Below are positions 48,507-56,799 of a DNA stretch of 64,000 bases, in pieces. The translations under genes were made by a program, and so were the position numbers. Numbering within the stretch: the stretch's first letter is position 1; every line of letters begins with the position of its first letter. The notes beneath the pieces are model-generated. The model saw only the letters and a list, made by a program, of their open reading frames with translations, searched no databases and was not told the DNA's origin. Source of the DNA: an uncultured Solirubrobacterales bacterium (GTDB lineage Bacteria > Actinomycetota > Thermoleophilia > Solirubrobacterales > 70-9); contig CAVOYZ010000010.1 in assembly GCA_963700785.1 (NCBI GenBank), forward strand, positions 14,870 through 78,869, in the 5' to 3' direction.

Positions 48507-49061
48507 CTAGAACTTGACCTCGGTCGGCTCGCGCTCGGCCGCGTCGCCGATCTCGAAGAACTCGCGGGCGGTGAAGCCGCCGTAGTTGGCGATGATCGAG
48601 TTCGGGAAGACCTGGATCTTGGTGTTGTAGGACTGGACGTTCGAGTTGTAGATCCGCCGCGAGGCCTGGATCTCGTCCTCGATCTCGTTCAGGTCCCGCT
48701 GCAGCTGCTGGAAGTTCTCGGTCGCCCGCAGGTCCGGGTACTGCTCGGCTACCGCGCGCAGGTCGGTCAGCGCTCCGGAGAGCTTCGCCTCGGCGTCCTG
48801 GGTGGCCTCGACGCTGCCGGCCTTCATCGCCTCCGACCGTGCCCGGGCCGTCGCCTCGAACACCTTCTGCTCGTGCGTGGCGTAGCCCTTCACCGTCTCG
48901 ACCAGGTTCGGCACCAGATCGTGGCGGCGCTTGAGCTGAACGTCGATGCCGCTCCAGGCCTCGTCGACCCGGTTGCGGGACCCGATCATCGAGTTGCGGG
49001 TCAAAACGAAGACGAGCGCCGCGATCAGCAGCAGGCCGAGTATCACCAGGAACACAGTCAC
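48507..49061 (-). CDS. lemA: LemA-family protein
   Basis: 184 aa, N-terminal TM helix, ...RNRVDEAWSGIDVQLKRRHDLVPNLVETVKGYA.HE...RRIYN..V..YN pattern. Confidence 0.9.
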   Translation of the reverse strand: MTVFLVILGLLLIAALVFVLTRNSMIGSRNRVDEAWSGIDVQLKRRHDLVPNLVETVKGYATHEQKVFEATARARSEAMKAGSVEATQDAEAKLSGALTDLRAVAEQYPDLRATENFQQLQRDLNEIEDEIQASRRIYNSNVQSYNTKIQVFPNSIIANYGGFTAREFFEIGDAAEREPTEVKF

Positions 49062-49093
49062 TGAGCGGATCCTAGCCGGTCACTCGGACCGAG

Positions 49094-49861
49094 GTGGTCA
49101 TTAAGCTGCCGCGGCGTGACGCCCCCGATCTCAGCCCTCCTGCTTCGACGGCGGTCGGGGCTCCGGTGAGCGGCTCCCAACAGCGGCAGGCCTGGGTTGC
49201 CGCGGTCCGCTCGCTGGCCAGGGACCGGGGCCTGATCTACGAAGAGGTCGGCGGCGTCAATCCCCGGGGCGCACCGACGGCCCTCTGCCCCGGCGGCAGC
49301 AATCGGCTGGTCGGCGAGCTGACCGAGGGCTTCTGGGGGGGAAGCTGCGATGCGCTCGAGCGGGAGCGCGGCGGCTTGTGGCGCAAGACGGTGCTCCCCG
49401 ATGCGGTGCTGGTCAAGTCCCACATGCCCGAGCTGGCCTCGGTCGTGCCGGCCTTCGACGTCGAGTCGATCGAGGCGACCCCCGACGAGCAGCTGCGCAA
49501 GCGGGTCTCGCGCCGGGTCAAGTTCGAGTCGATCGAGTTCAACTCGAGGTTCATCGCGACGGTGCCGAAGGATCACGATCCGATCGCGCTGCGCGAGCTG
49601 TTCAGCCCCGCCTTCCTCACCTGGGCGACGACGATCGATCGCGAGGTCGACTTCGGTGGCTCCGAGCACCAGCTCTACTTCATGTGGAGGCTGCGCGAGC
49701 GATCACGGGGCGAGCTCGAGATCGCGCTCGACAACGCCGCGAAGCTGTACGCCCGGCTGCGCCGGGAGCTGGAGGGTGCGAACGTAGTTCCCTATCCGCC
49801 GGGCCCCTGGAACGCGGGGCTCGAGCCGTTCCCCACCGGGCCGGCCGCAGCCGGCGGCTAG
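49094..49861 (+). CDS. Hypothetical protein divergent from lemA
   Basis: 255 aa. The segment KFESIEFNSRFIATVPKDHDPIALRELFSPAFLTWA reminds me of DUF3137-type proteins (recollection only, needs an HMM check). Confidence 0.5.
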   Translation: MVIKLPRRDAPDLSPPASTAVGAPVSGSQQRQAWVAAVRSLARDRGLIYEEVGGVNPRGAPTALCPGGSNRLVGELTEGFWGGSCDALERERGGLWRKTVLPDAVLVKSHMPELASVVPAFDVESIEATPDEQLRKRVSRRVKFESIEFNSRFIATVPKDHDPIALRELFSPAFLTWATTIDREVDFGGSEHQLYFMWRLRERSRGELEIALDNAAKLYARLRRELEGANVVPYPPGPWNAGLEPFPTGPAAAGG

Positions 49862-49865
49862 CGAC

Positions 49866-50462
49866 TCAGTCGGGATAGCGCGGGTCGCCCGGCAGCAGCA
49901 CGTCGAACGACTCGCGGCTGCCGACGACCTTGGGCAGGATCGGATCGACCGGGCGTTCAACCGCCGCGTCGAGCACCGCGTCGGCCTCGCCGTAGCGATG
50001 CAGCTCATGCAGGTGGTGGACCGTCGGGAACGAGATCTCCATCTCATCGCGCTCGGCCGCGGCCAGCGCCCGCTCCGGCGCGATCCACAGCGCCCGGTCC
50101 ATCTCGATGCCGTCGGGCTCGGGCTCGCTGTGCGGCGGGGCGAGAGCGACGTAGAAGCGCGTGTCGAAGCGCACCGGCACCGGCTCGGGCGTGATCCACC
50201 GCGACCACGGCCTGAGGTCGGCCGCCGCGACCTCGATCCCCGCCTCCTCGGCGAGCTCGCGGGCGCCGCAGATCCGGTGGGCCCACTCCTCGGCATCGAC
50301 CCCGGCGGGCGGGTCGGCAGCGGCATCGGCGTCCTCGGGATCGACGACTCCGCCGGCGAACACCCAGACGCCCGGCATGAAGCGGGCGTCGGTCCCGCGC
50401 TGGAGCATCAGCAGCTCGATGCCGAGCTCGGCGTGGGTGCCGCCGCGGCGCATCAGGATCAC
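49866..50462 (-). CDS. NUDIX-family hydrolase
   Basis: 198 aa. Nudix-box-like GGVVDPED...AHRICGARELAEEAGI with an insertion inside the box. Confidence 0.7.
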   Translation of the reverse strand: MILMRRGGTHAELGIELLMLQRGTDARFMPGVWVFAGGVVDPEDADAAADPPAGVDAEEWAHRICGARELAEEAGIEVAAADLRPWSRWITPEPVPVRFDTRFYVALAPPHSEPEPDGIEMDRALWIAPERALAAAERDEMEISFPTVHHLHELHRYGEADAVLDAAVERPVDPILPKVVGSRESFDVLLPGDPRYPD

Positions 50463-50561
50463 CGTTGCCGCGGGGCGCGGGCTGACTGGGGTCGACTCGA
50501 TCGCCGGACCATATTTGACCCGGCGCCGGTCGTTCGGTCCGATCGCTAGGCTGCTCCGCCA

Positions 50562-50738
50562 ATGGCTGAGACTGAAACGCAGTGGATCTGCACATCGTGC
50601 GGCTACATATACGACCCCGACGAGGGTGACCCGGACGGCGGGATCCCGGCCGGGACCAAGTTCGAGGACATTCCCGACGACTGGTTCTGCCCGGTGTGCG
50701 GGGCCCGCAAGGCGGACTTCGAGCGCTACGAGGGCTAG
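50562..50738 (+). CDS. Rubredoxin
   Basis: Not in the ORF track (58 aa). My translation: [58 protein letters not shown], with both CxxCG knuckles. Confidence 0.9.
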   Translation: MAETETQWICTSCGYIYDPDEGDPDGGIPAGTKFEDIPDDWFCPVCGARKADFERYEG

Positions 50739-50741
50739 CGG

Positions 50742-51968
50742 CTAGCTCTCGTCGAGGGCGCGGTTGCGGCGCCGGCGACGGACGCCGAGCGCGATCGCGT
50801 ACGCGGCGGCAGCGAGGATCGCAAGCGGGGCGAGGATCGCGGCGCTGATCAGCAGCACGCCGGCGATCGTCTTCAGGACCGAGAGCGCGTCGTCGGCGGC
50901 GTCGCCGAGGGTCCAGCCGTCCTTACGCGCCGCCGGGGGTGCCCTCGATCGTCATGCTGATCTGCGAGGTGCGGGCCCGGCGGGCGATGTTGTCGAAGGC
51001 GGCCTCGGCGCGCGAGATCCGGCGGCGGGCGTCGCGAAGCTGCTCGCGCAGCGCGTCGGCCTCGGCCTCGGTCGAGGCGTTGCCGAGCGCCCGCAACAGC
51101 TGCCGTCGCTCGGCCCGCGCATCGCGCAGATCGTCCTGGGCGGAGACGAACGGCCGGGTGATGTCGACTGCGGCCTCGTTCAGGGTCTCAACCGTTGCCA
51201 GGTCGGTGAGCCGGTCGAGGGTCGGGTCGAGCTCCCGGGTCGGGATCGAGAGCTCGAGGCTCGCGGTCGACCGCTGCTCGGTCTCGCTGAGCTGCGATGA
51301 CAGCACGACCCCGCCGGCCGACTCGGTGATCTGGATCGCCTGATCGGAGACGTCGCGCACCTCGTCGGTGCCGGTCTTCAGCGCCAGGAAGGCGTTGCGA
51401 TCCTGCCGGCGCTTGGCCTTGCCGGGGGCCGTGCGGTTGCTTCCCGGGAGCGGCGGCGCGGTCGCAACCTCGTCCGCGGCAGCGCCGCAGTCGCGATCGA
51501 ACTCCTGAGCGCTTTCGCACCGGCGGCGCCGGCCTTGGTGCCCTTCGCGGCCCCGGCGCCCTCTGCCGAGGAGCCTGTGGAGCTGTCGAGCTGAGAGCTC
51601 GTTTCCCGGAGCGGCTCAAGGTTCTGGTCGGTGCCGCCGTCTCCCAGCGAGCTGATCCCGACCCCGACCACGACCAGCGCCGTCGCGAGCGCGCCGGCCG
51701 GCAGCAGCATCCGCCGCGGCCGCTCCGGCAGCAGGCGTCGCAGCGAGGGCACGCGGGAGCCGCCGAACCCCGCCCGCGCCCTCGCGTCCATCTCCAGCGC
51801 CCACTGCTCGGGTGGCGCGGCGCGCTCGGCCCGCAGGTCGGCGGTCAGCGTCGCGAGCTCGGCGAGGTCGGGATCGACCGGCTCGCCGGCGAGCGCCCGG
51901 TCGATCGCTGCGAGCTGTCGCTCGATCTCGGGGTCGAGGCTCTCGTCGGTCCGGTCAGGAGACTTCAT
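50742..51968 (-). CDS. Anti-sigma factor with extracytoplasmic DUF4349-like domain and C-terminal TM helix; two frame disruptions (about 51381-51500 and about 50928-50940)
   Basis: Three collinear minus-strand pieces. ORF 51378-51968: N-terminal anti-sigma part + TM. ORF 50923-51360 and its upstream extension: ..RQDRNAFLALKTGTDEVRDVSDQAIQITESAGGVVLSS...DITRPF..AQDDL... A third frame ends at TAG 50742-50744: RKDGWTLGDAADDALSVLKTIAGVLLISAAILAPLAILAAAAYAIALGVRRRRRN. Confidence 0.75.
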
Positions 51969-52533
51969 TGCAGGCCCTCCTCAGCTTCTCGATTGCGCGG
52001 TGCAGCCTGGTCCCGGCGTTCGACTCGCTGACGCCGATCACGCCGGCGATCTCGGCGTTGCTCAGCCCGGCGAAGAACTTGAGCGAGATCAGCTCTCGCT
52101 CGCGCGGCTCGAGCCGGCCGATCGCCTGGCGGAGCGCGGCGCGGCGCAGCGCCACCTCGGCGCCCTGCTCGGGGTTCGGGGTCTCGACGTCCTCGGGGTC
52201 GGCGGTGAGCTCGGTCTGCCGCCTGCGGCGGCGCAGCTCGTCGAGCGCCGCGTTGCGGGCGATCCCGAACAGCCAGGCGCGCCGCGAGCCCTTGCGGCCG
52301 TCGAAGCGGGAGCGCTTGCGGTAGGCGCGCTCGAATGCCTGGGCGGTCACGTCCTCGGCCGCCGAGCGGTCGCGGAGCAGGCCGGCGACGTAGGCGAAGA
52401 CGTCGTCGCGGCTGGTCCTGTAGAGGGCCTCGAAGGCCGCATCGACGGGGTCGGTTCGGCTCGGTGATTCCGCGACGGGGGCGGTCAGCGTCTGCTCCAT
52501 ACCCCTACTACGGGGTCGGCGGCGATCCATCAC
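51955..52533 (-). CDS. ECF-type (group 4) sigma-70 family sigma factor
   Basis: Region 2 (FEALYRTSRDDVFAYV...AEDVTAQAFERAY) and region 4 HTH (LSNAEIAGVIGVSESNAGTRLHRA). Start may be ATG 52500 (MEQTL). Overlaps the anti-sigma start by 14 nt. Confidence 0.9.
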   Translation of the reverse strand: MMDRRRPRSRGMEQTLTAPVAESPSRTDPVDAAFEALYRTSRDDVFAYVAGLLRDRSAAEDVTAQAFERAYRKRSRFDGRKGSRRAWLFGIARNAALDELRRRRRQTELTADPEDVETPNPEQGAEVALRRAALRQAIGRLEPRERELISLKFFAGLSNAEIAGVIGVSESNAGTRLHRAIEKLRRACNEVS

Positions 52534-52569
52534 AGCGATTATCGGCCGATCGGCACCTGCGCCCGCGCC

Positions 52570-52609
52570 GTGAACGGTTGAGTGCGCGATCGCCCCCCGA
52601 ACCGTTCAC
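52570..52609. promoter_or_regulatory. Perfect 10-bp inverted repeat GTGAACGGTT-N20-AACCGTTCAC between the SDR stop and the ECF sigma start
   Basis: Read directly. The spacer contains the palindrome GCGATCGC. Could be a terminator-like hairpin for the bio operon or an operator/promoter element for the sigma gene. Confidence 0.4.
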
Positions 52610-52621
52610 TCTCGGAGGGGC

Positions 52622-53476
52622 TCAGGGGAGCTTCAGGCTGCGGGCGACGAGCGCGTCCCAGACGCGGTCGGGCAGCAGCCGGGAGGCGGTCTTCATCGCG
52701 AGCGCGTCGCGGCCGACGGTGTAGCGGGCGCGGGGGCGCTTGACGGTCAGCGCCTTGTGGATCGTCCGCGCCACCTCCTCGGGCGGGATCCCGCGGGCCC
52801 CCGTCTCGGCGCTGATCTGCGAGGTCCGGTCGATCGCCCGGCCGTAGAGGCCCTCGGCCTCGGGCTCCATCCGCCCGCGCACCTCGTCGGCGATCTCCTG
52901 ACCGCGGTTCCAGATCTCGGTCGCGACGCTGCCGGGCTCGATCGCGATCGTCCTGATCCCCCAGGGGCGCAGCTCGCCCCGGAGGCAGTCGCTGACCGCC
53001 TCGAGGCCGAACTTCGAGGCACAGTACGGCCCGTAGAACGGGGTCGCGACGAGGCCGCCGATCGAGGTCACGTTGACGATCCGCCCGCGGGCGGTCCGTA
53101 GCTGGGGCAGCATCGCCCGGATCACCGCGAGCTGGCCGATCAGATTGACCTCGAGCTGACGGCGGACGTCGTCGAGCGGCACGAACTCGAGCGGGCCGGC
53201 ATAGGCGACGCCGGCGTTGTTGACGAGCGCGGAGAGGCCGGCGCCGCCGGCGCGGCTCTCGATCTCCGCGGCTGCAGCGGCGATCGCCTCGCCGTCGGTC
53301 ACGTCGATGATCAAGGGCTCGAGCTCCCCGGCGGCCTCGGTCTGCACGCTCTCGCCGTCGGCCGGCTTGCGGACCCCGGCGAAGACATGGAACCCGCAGC
53401 GGGCCAGCTCGAGCGCCGTCGCTCGCCCGATCCCGGTCGAGGCGCCGGTGACGAGGGCGGCGCGCCGCTCGCTCAT
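52622..53476 (-). CDS. Short-chain dehydrogenase/reductase, translationally coupled to bioA
   Basis: 284 aa, AALVTGASTGIG, NNAG, YCASK. ATG overlaps the bioA stop (ATGA). Confidence 0.9.
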   Translation of the reverse strand: MSERRAALVTGASTGIGRATALELARCGFHVFAGVRKPADGESVQTEAAGELEPLIIDVTDGEAIAAAAAEIESRAGGAGLSALVNNAGVAYAGPLEFVPLDDVRRQLEVNLIGQLAVIRAMLPQLRTARGRIVNVTSIGGLVATPFYGPYCASKFGLEAVSDCLRGELRPWGIRTIAIEPGSVATEIWNRGQEIADEVRGRMEPEAEGLYGRAIDRTSQISAETGARGIPPEEVARTIHKALTVKRPRARYTVGRDALAMKTASRLLPDRVWDALVARSLKLP

Positions 53477-54825
53477 GCCGCCCGAGCCGTTCCCGCCGCC
53501 GCTTCGGGCGAGGCCTCGCGGAGCCGTGGGCGCCGCTCGCCGGCGTAGGCCCCGGCGCTGGCCGCGCGGATCGCGGCGACCGTGATCTCGACCAGCCGGA
53601 CCAGCTCCGACTTGCTGATCGCCGGCGGCGGCATCAGCACGACGGTGTCCCCGAGCGGCCGGATGATCGCGCCGCGCTCCCGTGCTTCGATCGCCACGCG
53701 GTGGCCGAGGCCGAGCGCGGGATCGTGCTCGCCGAGGTCGATCCCGACCATCAGCCCGCGGCCACGAACCTCCTCGACCTCGTCCATCGCCGCGACCGGC
53801 TCGAGGATGTCGTGCAGAAGCCGGATCTTCGGCTGCAGGCGCAGCAGCGTGTGCTCGGTCTCGAACACGTCGAGGCTGGCGATCGCCGCCGAGCAGGCGA
53901 GTGGATTGCCGGTGAACGTGTGACCGTGGAAGAAGGTCCTGAGCTCGGTCGGCTCGCCGAGAAAGCCCTCGTAGATCCGCTCCGATGTGATCGTCGCCGC
54001 GAGCGGCATGTAGCCGTTGGTCAGGCCCTTGCCGAGGCAGAGCAGGTCCGGTGCCACACGCTCCTGCTCGCAGGCGAACATCGTCCCGGTGCGCCCGAAG
54101 CCGGTTGCCACCTCGTCGCAGATCAAGAGGACCCCGTGCTCGTCGCAGAGCCGGCGCAGCGCCCGCAGATAGCCCGGGGGCTGGGTGCGGATGCCGGCCG
54201 CGCCCTGGACGAGCGGCTCGACGATCACAGCGGCGATCTGACCCCCGTCGGCGTCGAGCGTCCGCGCGAGGGCGTCGACGTCGCCCGGCGGCACCTGATG
54301 GCCGTCGAACAGCAGCGGCGCGTAGGCGGAGTGGAAGAGGTCGATGCCCCCGACCGATACCGATCCGACGGTGTCGCCGTGATACGCGCCGGCAAGGTTG
54401 ACGAAGCTGGTCCGGTCGGCGTCTCGCCCGCCCCGCTGCCGCCAGTACTGGAACGCCATCTTCAGGGCGATCTCGACCGCGGTCGAGCCCGAGTCCGAGT
54501 AGAAGACCCTGGTCAGGCCGGGCGGGGCGATATCGATCAGGCGGCCGGCCAGCTCGACCGCGGGAGCGTGCGTCAGCCCGAGCAGGGTCGAGTGCGCGAC
54601 CCGATCGAGCTGGTCACGGACGGCCTGATCGATCAGCGGGTGACGATGCCCGTGGACGTTGCACCACAGCGACGAGACCCCATCGATGTAGCGCCTCCCG
54701 TCGACGTCGATCAGATCGGTCCCCTCGGCTGCGGCGATCACCAGCGGCTGCTCCCGCTCCCAGCTGCGCTGCTGAGTGAACGGGTGCCAGAGGTGCCGGT
54801 GGTCGAGCTCGCCGAGCGAAGACAT
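53473..54825 (-). CDS. bioA: Adenosylmethionine-8-amino-7-oxononanoate aminotransferase
   Basis: From MSSLGELDHRHLWHPFTQ...; class-III aminotransferase motifs, DEVATGFGRTG, LCLGKGLTNGY. The upstream part of the track ORF is Arg-rich noise. Confidence 0.93.
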   Translation of the reverse strand: MSSLGELDHRHLWHPFTQQRSWEREQPLVIAAAEGTDLIDVDGRRYIDGVSSLWCNVHGHRHPLIDQAVRDQLDRVAHSTLLGLTHAPAVELAGRLIDIAPPGLTRVFYSDSGSTAVEIALKMAFQYWRQRGGRDADRTSFVNLAGAYHGDTVGSVSVGGIDLFHSAYAPLLFDGHQVPPGDVDALARTLDADGGQIAAVIVEPLVQGAAGIRTQPPGYLRALRRLCDEHGVLLICDEVATGFGRTGTMFACEQERVAPDLLCLGKGLTNGYMPLAATITSERIYEGFLGEPTELRTFFHGHTFTGNPLACSAAIASLDVFETEHTLLRLQPKIRLLHDILEPVAAMDEVEEVRGRGLMVGIDLGEHDPALGLGHRVAIEARERGAIIRPLGDTVVLMPPPAISKSELVRLVEITVAAIRAASAGAYAGERRPRLREASPEAAAGTARAA

Positions 54826-54839
54826 CGTCGGTGCTGAAT

Positions 54840-55562
54840 CTAGGCCGGTACCCGGTCGGACCTGCGGTCCGACAAACGCCCAGTTTGCGGTGGCGGCCCG
54901 GTTGCGAGATCGAGCCCGGGCCAGCTCTCGGTCCGCGCCGGATCGAGAGCCGGCAGCAGCTCGACCTCGACCTCGCCCAGTGCCTCGATCGAGTCGCGGT
55001 TCGAGCGCTCGAGCCGCGACGGTTTCGCCGGCCACGGGTTCAGCACGACCGCCCTGACGGTCAGGCCGACGGCCCTGATCGCCTCCAGGGTGAGCAGCGT
55101 GTGGTTGATCGTGCCGAGCCCCGGTGCCGCGACCACGACCATCGGCAGGCCGAGGTCGGCGGCCAGGTCCCGGACCAGGTAGTCGCCGGCCAGTGGAACG
55201 AGCAGGCCGCCGACGCCCTCGCAGACGAGCAGATCCGCTCCGTCGGCGGCGAGCGCGGCCGAGGTCCGCAGCCGCCGCGGCTCGATCGGCTCGCCCGCCA
55301 GCTCGGCCGCGAGGTGAGGGGAGACGGCCGGGCCGTACCGGTACGGCGCGATCTCGTCGTCGCTCTGAGGCGACCCCGATGCGCGCCGCAACAGCGCGTG
55401 GTCGGGCTCGCCGCCCTGCTCGAGCCCGGAGACGGCGGGCTTGAAGACCCGCACCCTCGCTCCCGCCCTCGCCGCGGTCCGGGCGATCACGGCGGCGACG
55501 ACGCTCTTGCCGACCTCGGTACCGGTGCCGGTCACGAACAGGCCTCTGAGCGCCTCCGGCAT
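54840..55562 (-). CDS. bioD: Dethiobiotin synthase
   Basis: 240 aa, LFVTGTGTEVGKS P-loop, CEGVGG, GTINHTLL. Confidence 0.9.
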   Translation of the reverse strand: MPEALRGLFVTGTGTEVGKSVVAAVIARTAARAGARVRVFKPAVSGLEQGGEPDHALLRRASGSPQSDDEIAPYRYGPAVSPHLAAELAGEPIEPRRLRTSAALAADGADLLVCEGVGGLLVPLAGDYLVRDLAADLGLPMVVVAAPGLGTINHTLLTLEAIRAVGLTVRAVVLNPWPAKPSRLERSNRDSIEALGEVEVELLPALDPARTESWPGLDLATGPPPQTGRLSDRRSDRVPA

Positions 55563-55568
55563 CGGTGC

Positions 55569-56786
55569 CTAGGCGGCGAGCTCGAGGGCCGCGTCCGCAC
55601 CGCGCACCGCCGTCCCGACCACCGCCGCGGCCCGCTTCAGGTCGGCGGGCTGGTGCGAGGCCATCACCGTCATCCGCAGCCTCGAGCTGCCCTCGGGCAC
55701 GGTCGGCGGGCGGATCGCCTGGGCGTAGACGCCCCCGTCGAGGGCTCGGGCCGACGCCTCGAGCGTCCGGACCGGGTCGCCGAGCGTCACCGGAATGATC
55801 TGGGTGTCGGTCTCGGGGATGCTGAAGCCCTCCTCGAGGAGCCCGGCGCGCAGCACCGCCGCGTTGCTCTGCAGCCGTGCGATCCGCTCCGGCTCGCGCT
55901 CGATCACGTCGAGAGCGGCCTCGGCCGCGGCGGCGATCGCGGGCGGCAGGCCGGTCGAGAAGATCAGCGGCCGGGCGCTGTTGACGAGCAGCTCCCGCAG
56001 GCTCCGGTCGAGCGCCGCATAGGCGCCGTAGCCGCCGAGGGCCTTGCCGAGCGTGCCGGTCAGCACGTCGACCTCCTCGGCGAGGCCGGCCGCCGCGGCC
56101 ACCCCGCGGCCGCCGGGGCCGTAGGTGCCGACGGCGTGGGCCTCGTCGACCATCAGCCGCGCCCCGTGCTCCCGCGCGAGCTCGACCAGCCCCCCCAGCG
56201 GAGCGATGTCCCCGTCCATCGAGAAGAGCCCATCGGTGACGATCAGCGACGGCGGCGCCTGCGCCCGATCCAGCGCCCAGCGGAGATGCTCCGGGTCGCC
56301 GTGCCGGTAGACGAAGATCGCCGCTCCCGCCAGGCGGCAGCCGTCGACGATGCTGGCGTGGTTGAGCGCGTCGGAGTAGACGATCTCCCCGCGCTGGGCG
56401 AGGGCGGCGATCACCCCCGTGTTCGCGAGATAGCCGGAACCGAACAGCAGCGCATCCTCGCGCTCGTGGAAGCCGGCGAGCCGCCGCTCGAGCCTCTCGT
56501 GCGCGGTCATGTTTCCCGAGACCAGGCGCGAGGCCCCGGCGCCGGCGCCGGAGTCGCGATATGCCTGCGCCCCCGCTGAGCGCACCCGCGGGTCCTCGGC
56601 GAGCCCGAGGTAGTTGTTCGAGCAGAGCAGGATCACCTCGGAGCCGTCGATCGTGACCCGCGGCCCCTGGGCGCCCGCTACCGTCCGCATCCGCCGGTGC
56701 AGGCCGGCCTCGCGCAGGGCCGCGAGTCGCTCGGCCGCGGCCGGCGGCCCCGTTGCGGGTCGAGCTCGATCAGCGGCGGCGGCCAT
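55569..56786 (-). CDS. bioF: 8-amino-7-oxononanoate synthase
   Basis: 405 aa, NNYLGL, DALNHASI, DEAHAVG, TLGKALG (PLP lysine). Confidence 0.93.
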   Translation of the reverse strand: MAAAADRARPATGPPAAAERLAALREAGLHRRMRTVAGAQGPRVTIDGSEVILLCSNNYLGLAEDPRVRSAGAQAYRDSGAGAGASRLVSGNMTAHERLERRLAGFHEREDALLFGSGYLANTGVIAALAQRGEIVYSDALNHASIVDGCRLAGAAIFVYRHGDPEHLRWALDRAQAPPSLIVTDGLFSMDGDIAPLGGLVELAREHGARLMVDEAHAVGTYGPGGRGVAAAAGLAEEVDVLTGTLGKALGGYGAYAALDRSLRELLVNSARPLIFSTGLPPAIAAAAEAALDVIEREPERIARLQSNAAVLRAGLLEEGFSIPETDTQIIPVTLGDPVRTLEASARALDGGVYAQAIRPPTVPEGSSRLRMTVMASHQPADLKRAAAVVGTAVRGADAALELAA

Positions 56787-56799
56787 CGCCGGAGCCGGG

